Of a stretch of DNA of 64,000 nucleotides, positions 23,822 to 35,544 are shown in pieces. Within the stretch, counting starts at the first letter, position 1. Every line of letters begins with the position of its first letter. The stretch comes from Mobula hypostoma. Its lineage: Eukaryota. The notes beneath the pieces are model-generated. The model was not told the origin of the DNA. It saw nothing but the letters and a program-made list of their open reading frames with translations, and ran no database searches. The position numbers were made by a program, and so were the translations under genes. Where the stretch lies: NCBI RefSeq assembly GCF_963921235.1, contig NC_086097.1, positions 241,182,001 to 241,246,000 on the forward strand. Reading direction: 5' to 3'.

Positions 23822-25530
23822 TGAGTCAGAAGCAGGTTTAATATCACCAGCATAAGTTGTGAAATGTCTTAACTTTGCAGCAGCAGTACATGATACAGTC
23901 CCCCCTTAATCTTCTAAATATGATAATATAGAAAAAAAATCCGTGAATAACTGTAAGTATATATATAAAATAGTTAAATTAAATAAATAGTGTAAAAACA
24001 GAAATAAAAAAAAGTAGTGCTGTTGTGCTCATGGGTTCAATGTCCATTCAGAAATCGGATGGCGGAGGGGAGAAAACCATTCCTGAATCGCTGAGCATAT
24101 GCCTTCAGGCTCCTGTACCTCCTTTCCGACGGTAACAGTGAGAAGAGGGCACGTCCTGGCTGGTGGGGGCCCTTAATGATGGGTGCCACCTTTTTGAGGC
24201 ACTGCTCTTTGAAGATGTCCGAGTACTGCGGAGGCTGGTACCCATGGTGGAGTTGACTGATCTTACAACTCTCTGCTGCTTACTTCAATCCTGTGCAGTA
24301 GCTCCCCATCTCACCCCACCTCCCATACCAGATGGTGATGCAGCCTGTTGGAATGTTCTCAACGGTACATCTGCAAAAATGTGTGTTTTAGGTGACATAC
24401 CAAAGCTTCTCAAACTCTGAAGGAAATATAGAAACATAGAAACTAGAAAATAGGTGCAGGAGTAGGCCATTCGGCCCTTCAAGCCTGCACCGCCATTCAG
24501 TACGATCATGGCTGATCATCCAACTCAGAACCCTGTACCAGCCTTCCCCCCATACCCCCTGATCCCTTTAGCCACAAGGGCCATATCTAACTCCCTCTTA
24601 AATATAGCCAATGAACTGACCTCAACTGTTTCCTGTGGCAGAAAATTCCACAGATTCACCACTCTCTGTGTGAAGAAGTTTTTCCTAATCTCGGTCCTAA
24701 AAGGTTTCCCCTTTATCCTCAAACTGTGACCCCTCGTTCTGGACTTCCCCAACATCGGGAACAATCTTCCTGCATCTAGCCTGTCCAATCCCTTTAGGAT
24801 TTTATATGTTTCAATAAGGTCCCCCCTTAATCTTCTAAATTCCAATGAGTATAAGCCTAGTCGATCCAGTCTTTCATCATATGAAAGTCCTGCCATCCCA
24901 GGAATCAATCTGGTGAACCTTCTTTGTACTCCATCTACGGCAAGGATGTCTTTCCTCAGATTAGGGGACCAAAACTGCACACAATACTCCAGGTGTGGTC
25001 TCACCAAGGCCTTGTACAACTGCAGTAGTACCTCCCTGCTCCTGTACTCGAATCCTCTCGCTATAAAAGCCAGCATACCGTTCGCCTTTTTCACCGCCTG
25101 CTGTACCTGCATGCCCACTTTCAATGACTGGTGTATAATGACACCCAGGTCTCGTTGCACCTCCCCTTTTCCTAATCGGCCACCATTCAGATAATAATCT
25201 TTATAGCCACTGTCCTGACTTCTTTATAGCTGCATTGATATGTTAGGACCAGGTCAGGTCCTCAGAAATTATTAACACCCAGGAACTTGAAATTGCTCAC
25301 TCTCCCCACTTCTCATCCCTCATCTTACCCTTTCTGAAGTCCACAATCAGCTCTTTAGTCGTACTGACTGAGTGCCAGGTTGTTGCTGTGACACCACTCC
25401 ACTAGCTGGTGTATCTCACTCCTGTATGGCCTCTTGTCACCAGCTGAGATTTTGCCAACAATGGTTGTATCGTCAGCGAATTTATAGATGGCATTTGAGC
25501 TGTGCCAAGCCACACAGTCATGAGCGTAGA
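23822..25530 (-). mobile_element. Rex1 3' region split by a CR1 insertion
   Basis: Rex1 3' motifs on both sides; host 'gaaatata|gccactgtc'. Confidence 0.7.
24428..25200 (-). mobile_element. Young 5'-truncated CR1
   Basis: Open ORF 24525..25160 'QRDLGV...RPHLEYCVQFWSP...FFTQRVVNLWN'; tail 'tttctatgtttcta'. Confidence 0.9.
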
Positions 25531-26599
25531 GACTTTAAATCTTTAATCTTCAAATCAATAATAATATTTTCAACCACATTAATCTAAATCACAACCGGTA
25601 CTGTTCTCTCGTGGAAGAACCACATTTAAATAATGCAGAAGTCTCAAACTGAATATAAGGTGAAGAATCAAGTGCGCCTGTCCTGTAGTCATAGGCAGTA
25701 TGCTCAGCAAACAAACGTGACAGGGACGGAGATCTGAAAACTAAAGCAGAGGAATTGCAAGAAGAAATTGATTCCTCTTTCTGGTTACCTTCTCACCCAT
25801 TCTCCTCTCCTCACCTGAACCATGTGTGGCCAAGAAACGCCACTAAAAGCATTCTGCACTTCGCTTTTTTCCTCACCTCCCTCTGGTATCCCCCCTCCTT
25901 CCCTTTCTGCCATGGTCCACTGTCCTCTCCCATAAAGTTCCTCCTTCTTCAGCCCTTTACTTCTTGCACCTTTCCCATTCCAGCATCATACTTCATAACC
26001 CCTCCCCCACCCACACACCTAAACTCATTTTGTATTGATTTATGAAGCTCAGGAATTTTACCTGTGCCTTATTTATCTCCTTCATGTAACACTAGGAATA
26101 ATAGACATCAGGGTCACTTTTCAGAGCTTTCCTCACACCTCTGAGTTCTGAGCGGTGAGCAGAGGCCATCACGACAATAGGACACAGGAGCAGAATGAGG
26201 CAGAATTAGGCATTGTGTCTGCTTCACCATTCCATCATGGCTGATCTGTCATCCCTCTCAACTCCATTCTCCTGCCTTCACCCCTAAGCTTTGATGCCCT
26301 GACTATTCAAGAACCTATCAAGCCCTGCTTTAAACAAACCCAATGAACTGACCTCCACAGCCAACCGGGGCAGTAAATTCTGCATCCTTACCGCTTTCTG
26401 GCTATAGAAATCCTTCCTCCTCCCTGTTCTGAAGGAGTGTCTTTCTATTCTAAGGCTGTAACAGAGGAGGTTGCAGAGGCCCCTGAACAGGATGGTCACA
26501 ATTACCAGGCGGGTGCCCTCAATGAACTGCAGCACCTGCTAGTGCCCTGTCGCCCCGTACCTCCTTCTGAAACTGGATCCATGATTTCCCCACCGGGAG

Positions 26600-28230
26600 A
26601 CCACAGTCAGTGAAGATTGGAAATGACATCTCCTTCTCACTGACAATCAACTCTGGCACACCTCAAGAAAGCGTGCCTAGACGCTGCCCTCCTCTCTCTA
26701 CACCCACGACTGTGCGGCTAGGAACATCTCAAACACCATATCCACACTTACTGACAACACAGCTATTGTTAGCCCAAATTCAGCTGGTGATGAGGAGCCG
26801 TGCTGCAGTAAGATTGATGCTACGGGTTGAGTGGTATCGCTGCAACAACCTGGCACTCAATGTTTCCCAACCCCAACTATTCCTACCTGAATTAAGCAGG
26901 CACTGTGAGTTTTTTCGACAGACACACACACTTAACGAAACGTAGTTGTTTTGAGGGCTGTTTTCGTTACGGTATGATTTACAGCTGTAGTAAACATTGA
27001 CGTGATTTTTAACTGACTGATCAAGTGCTACTTTGAAACTAAATTTTGTTTCATTATAATAAACTGTAAATTAGTTTCTGCAGGCTCACTTTTAACATTA
27101 AGAAAAACTTGGACAGGTACATAGATGAGAGGTGTATGGAGGGATATGGTCCAGGTGCAGATCAGTGGGACTAGGCAGTAAAACGGTTCGGCACAGCCAA
27201 GAAGGGCCAAAAGGCCTGTTTCTGTGCTGTAATGTTCTATGGTTCTATCAGTCAGACCAAGAAAATGATTGTATACTTCAGGAAGTGGAAATCAAAGGAA
27301 GACACACCAGGCCTCGTTAAGGGATCAGCAAAGTCACAACAGCAGTTATACTTCATCAGGCGATTGCGGACACTTAGTATTTCACCAAAGGTGCTTGCAA
27401 ATTTCTACCATTGTACTGAGGAGAGCATTCAAACTGGCTGCATCACCATCTGGTACGGAGGGGCCACTGCACAGCATTGGAAAAAGCTGCAGAAAGTTAC
27501 AAACTCAGCCAGTTCCATCATGGGCACCAGCCTCCCCAGCATCCAGCACACCTTCAAAAGGCGATGCCTCAGAAAGGCGGCATCCATCATTAAGGACCTT
27601 CGTCACCAAGGACATGACCTCCTCTCATTGCTACAATGAAAACATGCACTCAATGTTCTAGGAACAACTTCTTTCCCACCGTCACCAGATTTCTGAATAG
27701 GGAATGAACTCATGTACATTACCTCACTAACTTTTCTTTTTTTTGCACTATGTATTTAATTTTATATATATATATATATATACACATACAAAAAATTATA
27801 CATAAAACTGTTTCTTATTGTAATTGTGTAAGTTTATTCATTTGCGTTGGCGAGTGGCCAAGTGGTTAAGGCGTTCTTCTAGTGATTTGAAGGTCGCTAG
27901 ATCGAGCCTTGGCTGGGGCAGTGTGTGTGTCCTTGAACAAGGCACTTAACCACACATTGCTCTGCGACGACACCGGTGCCAAGCTGTATGGGTCCTAATG
28001 CCCTTCCCTTGGACAACATCGGTGGCGTGGAGAGGGGATACTTACAGCATGGGCAACTGCCGGTCTTCCATACAACCTTGCCTAGGCCTGCCTTCTAAGG
28101 TGCAAATCCATGGTCTCACAAGACTAACGGATGCCTATGATTTATTTTATGTATTGCAATGTACTGCTGCCACAAAACAACAAATTTCATGAGATATGCC
28201 GGTGATCAGAATTTGATTCTGATTCTGCAG
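26600..28230 (+). mobile_element. Rex1 RT and 3' fragment carrying nested insertions
   Basis: 'TINSGTPQ', 'NNLALNV', ORF 27232 'QQLYFIRRL...RRCLRKAASIIKD'. Confidence 0.75.
27843..28140 (+). mobile_element. tRNA-derived SINE, family C, copy 1
   Basis: A-box tggccaagtgg, B-box-like agatcgagcc; homologous to 61855-62160. Confidence 0.8.
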
Positions 28231-28979
28231 TAAAACTATAATGCTTTATATTTGGGTTCAGTTCCCGCTGCTGTCTGTAAGGACTTTGTACATTCTCCCC
28301 ACATGGATTTTCTCCGGGTGCTCCGGTTTCCTCCCACGTTCCAAACACATATGGGTTACTAATTGGTCACATGGGTGATAAAGACATATGGGTTACTAGG
28401 TTAATTGGTCACATGGGTGATAATGGGCAGTGCAGGCTCATTGGGCCGGAAGGTCCTGCTACTGTGCTGTTTTTCTAAATAAATAACAAAAAAAATACAC
28501 TAACTATGACTTTTAGAGTAGTGCAGACACTTGTGTTAGATTGCAGCTTGAGATTTAGAACACAAGACTATAAAACGTAGGAGCAGAATTTGTCTATTTG
28601 GCCCATTGAGTCTGCTCCACTATTTGATCAAGGCCGATTTATTTTCTCTCTCAACCCCATTCTCCTGGTAACTTTTGATGCCCTTACTAATTAAGATCCT
28701 ACGAATCTCCATTTTAACTATACCCAATTACGGTCTCCACTGCCATCTGTGGCAATGAATTCTATATTTGTCTGTGAACTTTGAAAACCACAAATTCCAG
28801 TTCCCACACGATGAGAGGTCAGAACAGCAAGGAGTGGCACATAGAACACAGAGCACAGAGCGTAGAACTCTACAGCACAGAAACGGGCCCTTTGGCCCAC
28901 AATATTGTGCTGAACCAGTTAAATTAGTAATCAAATGGCCAACAAACAAATCCACACTCTCTCCACAATGTCCATATCC

Positions 28980-29177
28980 GGGCCAGGCAGCACCTATGGA
29001 AAAAGAGTACAGTTGACGTTTGGGGCCGAAATCCTTCATCAGGACTGATGAAGGGTCTCGGCCGGAATCGTCAACTGTTCTTTTTTCCGTAGATGCTGCT
29101 TGGGGCCCGCTGAGTTCCTCCAGCATTTTGTGTGTGTGGCTTGGACTTCCAGCATCTGCAGATTTCCTCTTGTTTGT
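28980..29177 (+). mobile_element. Palindromic Penelope-derived mini-element inserted in a CR1 3' fragment
   Basis: 14-bp TSD caatgtccatatcc/caatgcccatatcc; inverted arms around 29043; two hammerhead-like cores. Confidence 0.75.
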
Positions 29178-30569
29178 CAATGCCCATATCCTTCCATTTC
29201 CCTCACACCCATGGGCCTATCTAAACATGGTTTATAAGTCCCTAATGTATCTGCCTCTACCCCAAGCAGCGCGTTCCAGGCACCCACCCACTCTTTGTGT
29301 AAAAAATTTGCTCCACCTCTCCTTTGAACCTACCCCGCTCTCACCTTAAGTACATGCCCTCTGCTATTGGACATTTCAACCCTGGGGAAAAAAGATGCTG
29401 TCTGTCTACTCTATCTACACCTCTCATGATATTATAAACCTCCCCTCCCCCCTCAGCCTCCACCACTCCAGAGAACAACCCAAGTTTGTCCAACCACTCG
29501 TTATAACACATGCCCTCTAATCCAGGCAGCATCTAATTGTAGTGGTCTAATTGCTACTACTAATTCAAGAAATTCGACCTCCATCGCTCATTGCCCCTGA
29601 ACCAGTGAAGTGATACATGAAGGAGTTGGCTGGCTCCGCTTTGGAGCTGGCAATTTAATTTGTGCTTGTTAAAACAGCGTTGGAGAGATTCTATTACGGT
29701 TATAATACAGGAAACGTGGCACAGAATAATTCCTAGACTATTATTACAGCAAATTCTGACCTATTAATGTCTGGAAATTATTCAATACTAAAGAAACCCC
29801 AGATCCAAGTGTCGATGAACTGGAAGTACCTATCAGGTATCCAAGAGTATCTGCAAGTAACAGGGATGGCACAATCCCGTGGCGATTCGCGCAGCTGCTT
29901 TACAGTGCTAGCGATCACCAATCAGGGTTTGACTCCCATGACCGTGTGGATTTCTTCTGGGTGCTCTGGTTTCCTCCCGCATTCCAGAGATGTACAGTTT
30001 AGGCTTAGTGAGTGGTGGGCATGGTCTGTTGGCACCAGAAGTGTGGCGACATTTGCAGGCACCTCCCAGCACAACCCTCGCTGATTTGATTTGATGCTAG
30101 TGACGCATTTCACTTTATATTTCAATGTACACAAGACAAATAAAGCTAATCTTCAACCTGTTCATAGTTTCTGAAAGTCTAACAGATCTATTTTATAGGT
30201 TTGATGTAAAAAAAGTGAAAGAATAATTTAGATGTAGAGTAATGCCATTATCCCTGAGATCTTGTAAGAGAAACTCTGCGAGCTTAACGTATCAGGTCCC
30301 ATCTGCAGGTAAATGACAAACATACTTAGTTATTTTATCTCTCTGGCAACACAGTGCGGAGAAAGCCCTTCTGGCTCTTTAAACCACGTTGCCCCAGCAA
30401 CCTCACAATCCTGATTAATCCTAACCTAATCCCGAGACAATAAACAGACCAATTAACCTCGCTTTGGACTGTGGGAGGGAACTGGAGGACCCAGGGGAAA
30501 CCCACACATTCCACAGGGAAAATGTACGGAGATTCCTTACAGAATGGCACTGGAATTAGAGACATTGAG

Positions 30570-31860
30570 TCACAGAGAAGAACAGCAGGGAAATAGGTAT
30601 TTTGTCCCATCTAGTCCACACCAAAACTATTTAAACTGCCTCGGGACCATAGCCCTCCATACTACTATCATCTATGTACCTATCCAAACTTCTTTTAAAC
30701 ATTGAAATCAAGTTTTCATGCATCACTTGTGCTGGGAGCTCTCACAACCCTCTGGGTGAAGAAGTTTCCCTTCATGTTCCCCTGGAACCTTTCACCTTTC
30801 ACCCTTAACCCATGACCTGTGTGGAAAAAGCCTGCTTGCATTTATTTATACCCCTCATAATTTGGAATACCTCTATGAAATCTCCTCTCAGTCTTCTACC
30901 TTCTAAGGAATACAGTCCTAACCTATTCAATCTTTTCTTATAACTCAGGTCCTCCAGACCTGGCAACATCCTTATAAATTTCCTCTATACTCTTTCAACC
31001 TTGTTTATATCTTTCCTGTAGGTGTGTAGCCAAAACTGCACACAATACTTCAAATTAGGCCTCACCAATGTCTTATACAACTTCAACATAACATTTCATC
31101 TTCTGTACTCAGTACTTTGATTTATGAAGGCCAATGTGTCAAAAGCTTTCTTTATGACCCTATCTACCTGTAACATCACTTTCAACAAATTGTGGATCTG
31201 TATTCCTAGATCCCTTTTATTTACCACACTCCTCAGTGCCCTACCGTTCACTGTGTAAGATCTACCCTGGTTGGTCCTACTGAAGTGCAACACCTCGCAC
31301 TTTTCTGCATTAAATTTCCAGCTGATGCAGATCCCTCCGCAAGCCATGATAGCCTTCGTTCCTGGATACTACACCCCCAATCCTGGTTTCATCCGTAACT
31401 TTGCTATCCAGTTCACCACATTATCATCCAGATCATTGATATAGAAGAAAAATAAGAAAGGACACATCACCGATCCCTATGACACACTTCTCGTCACAGG
31501 TGTCTAGTCAGAGAGGCAACTGTCTATACCCCTTTTTTGGCTTCTCCTACCAAGCCAATGTCCAATCCAAATTACTAACTCATCTGGAATGCTGAGTGAC
31601 TGAAGTTTGTTATCCACCCTCCCATGTAGGAACTTGTCAAATCCCTTGCTGAAGTCCATGTAGAAAACATTCATACCAGGCCTTCATCCACTTTCCTGGG
31701 TAACTTTCTCTAAAAACACTATAAGATTGGTTACACATGAGCTACCATGCAAGATGCCATGCTGACTATCCTTAATCAGTTCGGTGTCCATCCAAATACT
31801 TACATATCCGGTCCCTTAGAATACACTCCCACAACTGATGTCAGACCAACCAGCCTATAA
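30570..31860 (-). mobile_element. Degenerate CR1 RT and 3' end
   Basis: ORF 31096 'FNAEKCEVLHF...RDLGIQ'; typical CR1 3' UTR. Confidence 0.85.
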
Positions 31861-33775
31861 GGGAAGATAGGGGACTGGGGAGCATTTAAGTACCAACAGA
31901 AGGCAACTAAACAAGTCGTTAAGAAGGTAAAGATGGAATATGAAAGTAAGCTAGCCAATAACATTAAAGAGGATACTAAAAGTTTCTTCAGATACTTAAG
32001 GTGTAAAAGAGAGGCGAGAGTGGATATCGGACTGCTGAAAAACGATGCTGGAGTGGGAGTAATGGGACACAACAAAACGGCAGATGAACTGAATAAGTAT
32101 TTTACATTAGAATTCATTGTGGACAACACCAGCAGTATGGTGGAAGTTCCAGGTGTCAGGGGTCATGAAGAGTGCAAAGTTACCATTAATAGAGAGAAGG
32201 CTCTTTGGAAACTGAAAGGTCTGAAGGTAGATAAGTCACCTGGACCAGATGGTGTACATCCCAGGGTTCTGAAAGAGGTGACTGAAGAGATTGTGGAGGC
32301 ATTAGTAATGATCTTTCAAGAATCACTAGAATGGGTCCAAAAACAGGAAAATTGCAAATGTCACTCCATTTTTTAAAAAGGAAGAGAGGCAGAAGAAAGG
32401 AAACTATGGGCCAGTTAGTCTGACCTCAGTGATTGGGAAGATGTTGGATTTATTTGTTAAGGATATGGTTTCAGAGTAGTAGGAGGCAAATGATAAATAG
32501 GCCATAGCCAGCATGGTTTTCTGAAGGGAATGTCTTGCCTGACAAATCTGTTGGAATTCACTGAATAAATAACAATCAGAATTGCCAAGGGAGAGTGGGT
32601 CAATGTGTATTTGGATTTTCAGAAGGCCTTTGATAAGGTGCCACACATGAGGCTGTTTAACAAGCTTCGAGCCTGTAGTATTACAGGAAAGATTCTAGCA
32701 TGGATAATCAGTGGCTGATTGGCAGGAGGCAAAGGGTGGGAATATAGGGAGCCTTTTCTGTTTGGCTGTTGGTGACTAGTGGTGATGGGACCGTTCTTTT
32801 TACATTATATGTCAATGATTTGGATGATGAAATTGATGGCATTGTTGCAATGTTTGCAGACAATATGAAGATAAGTGGAGGGCCAGGTATTTTTGAAGTA
32901 GAGAGGCTACAGAAGGACTTAGACGAATCAGAAGAATGGGCAAAGAAGTGGCAGATGGAATACAGAGTCAGGAGTATGGTCATGCACTTTGGTAGAAGAA
33001 ATGAAAGGGTTGACTATTTTCTTAATTGAGAGAAAATACACAAATATGAGGTGCAAGGGGATTTGGGAGTCCTTGTGCAGGATTCCCTAAAGTTAACTTT
33101 GCAGGTTGAGTCTGTGGTGAGGAAGGCAACTGTGTTGTTAGCATTTATATAAAGAGTAGTAGAATATCACAGCAAGGATGTAACGTTGAGACTTTATAAA
33201 GAAATGGTGAGGCCTCACTTGGGGTATTCTGAGCTGTATTGTGTCCCTTATCTAAGAAAGGATGTGCTGAAACTGGAGAGGGTTCAAAGAAGGTTCAGGA
33301 AAATTATTCCAGTATTAAACGGCTTGTCATATTAAGGACATTTGATGGCTCTGGGCCTGTATTCACTGGAATTTAGAAGAATGAGGCGTGACCTAATTGA
33401 AACCTTTCGAATGGCGAAAGGTCTTGATAGAGTGGATGTGGCAAGAATGTTTCTTATGATGGGAGAGTCTAAGACCAGAGAACACAGCTTCAGAATAGAG
33501 GGACGTCCATGTAGAAATGAGATGATAAGGAATTTCTTTAGCCAGAGAGTGGTGAATCTGTGAAATTCATTGCCACAGGCAGCTGTGGAGGTCAAGCCTT
33601 TATGTATATTTGAGGCAGAGGTTAATAGATCCTTGATTGGTGAGGACAATGAGGGGATATGGGGAGATTGGGGGGGAGAGGAAAGATGCATCAACCAAGA
33701 TGAAATGGCAGAGCAGACTCGATGGGCTAAATGGCCTAATTCTGCTCCTATATCTTATGGTTTTATGGTCTTATA
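31861..33775 (+). mobile_element. Degenerate CR1 ORF2 and 3' end
   Basis: 'DKSPGPDGVHPRVLKE', 'MFADNMK', 'LGLYSLEFRR'; tail 'tcttatggttttatggtcttat'. Confidence 0.9.
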
Positions 33776-34860
33776 ATCTCCTTGCTTTTGTTGAGAAACT
33801 TTTTTAAACAACAGAGCAAGATTAGCTATCCTCCAATCCTCTGGTACGTCCTGTTGCTAAGTATGATTTAAATATCTCTGCTAGGACCCCAGCAATTTCT
33901 CCACTTGCTTCTCGTAGGGGCTGAGGGATTACCTTGTCAGGCCCTGGGGATTTATTCATCCCGATTACAGAGGAGGAGAGCCAGCACCTCCTCCTCTGTA
34001 ATCGGTACAGGGTCCATGAAGTTAATGTCACTTTGCCTTTCTTCTATAGTCTCTGTATCCTTATAGTCAATATAGTCTCTGTAGCCAATAGGCTGGTCCT
34101 GGACTTTTTTCCATCTGGCATAGTTTGCATATTGTTGTTTGATTGTTTGTGGTTTTTGTATTGCTATATTTATGCTCTATTCTTGGTTGGTGCGGCTGTA
34201 ATGAAACCCAATTTCCCTCGGGATCAATAAAGTATATCTATCTATCTATTTCTCCTGAGTAAATACAGATGCAAAAACATTATTTAAGATCTCTCTCATC
34301 TCTTTTGTCTCCACACATGGATTACCATTCTGATCTTTCAGAGAGCCAATGTTGTCCTTTGCAATCCTTTTGCTCTTAACGTATCTGTAGAATCCCTTGG
34401 GATTCTTCTTCACCTTGCCAGCTAGAAAAACTTCATGTCTTCTCTTAGACCTCCTGATTTCTTCCCTACGTGTTCTCTTGTATTTCTTATATGCCTTTGG
34501 CACTTTATTTGTTTTTACTTCCCTATACCTGCTATGCCTCTCCTTATTTCCCCTTAAACAGGGCCTCAATATCACTTGAAAACCAAGGTCCCCACACCTG
34601 TTACCTTTACCCTTTATTCTGACAGGCACATACAAACTTTGTACTCTCAAAAATTCGCTTTTGAAGACCTCCCACTTACCAAGTACACTTTTGCCAGAAA
34701 ACAGCCTGTCCCAATCCACAGTTGCCAGATCTTTTCTGATACCATCAAAATTGGCCTTTCTCCAATTTAAATTCTTAACCCAAGGACCAGAACTGTTTTT
34801 TTTTTGTTTTTTGCATATTTACTGAGAAACTAATGGCATTGTGGCCACCAGATAAAATTG
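33776..34860 (-). mobile_element. CR1 fragment with a short Rex1-type tail inserted at about 34083-34246
   Basis: ORF 34246..34719 'DWDRLFSGK...KKNPKGFYRYVKSK'; insert ends 'cctcgggatcaataaagtat(ctat)n'. Confidence 0.75.
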
Positions 34861-35012
34861 AACTCCAGTACGCCATGAGCTTTAGCAATGTCGTGCTAAC
34901 GGCTATGCTGTCAGGGGCATGCTCTCTGAAAGGAGGCACTATGTGAGACTAGGCAAGCACATCTCCACTTCCCGCACAGTCAGCACTGTGGGTTGGGCCT
35001 ATGGGTTGAGTT

Positions 35013-35501
35013 CTTCTTCTTCTTCTTGTGCCCTTAACTCCTGGTGTAGTCGTCAGGGTGCTGTCATGACGAGCCTTGCACCAACTTTTTGGTGTGCTCA
35101 CCATGCAACATGTCTTGGGCGTCTGAAACCTGGCGGAGCCCATCCCTCTCCAGGTTTGACCACAGCCGACTTCCTCCAACTAGGTGGCTCGCCTTGGTCG
35201 TGAACACGTGGTCGTCACCTGAGAACCTTTCCGTCCCGGCCGGTGACTTCATCATGGAAGTCATTTGCCCAGTGGTGCCGTGTTAACACCACCCCCTCAT
35301 GTGGTTTAGCCCGCCAGCTGAAATGGTTTACCGGGGTATGGCGCTTGGAGCCAACACGTGAGAGATTTAGTAGATGGACGAGGACCAGTGATGCCCGCCC
35401 ACCCTGTCCAGTAGGGAGCAGCATGCCAGACATCAAAGGTACTACCTCTGCCCAGAGCCCCATATACCCCAGACACCCTGTACCCCTGTACCCCCTATAC
35501 C
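35013..35501 (-). mobile_element. Non-autonomous RTE-type retroposon with a 5' HDV-like ribozyme
   Basis: 12-bp TSD atgggttgagtt (35001-35012 and 35502-35513); (GAA)n 3' tail; no recognisable coding sequence. Confidence 0.85.
35294..35470 (-). ncRNA. HDV-like self-cleaving ribozyme (predicted)
   Basis: P1 GGGGUAU/AUACCCC followed by GG; P3 GGC-UCCAAGC-GCC; P2 CUCACGUG/CACAUGAG; J4/2 GGCUAA. Confidence 0.7.
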
Positions 35502-35544
35502 ATGGGTTGAGTTAAGAAATGGCAAAGGTAAAAGGTCCCTAATG

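Noticed and set aside
27843..27915. tRNA gene (also 61855-61925)
   Set aside because: A and B boxes are present but there is no full cloverleaf, and both copies continue into a shared SINE body
28347..28422. Short tandem duplication within a V-SINE
   Set aside because: Ordinary local slippage with no evident function
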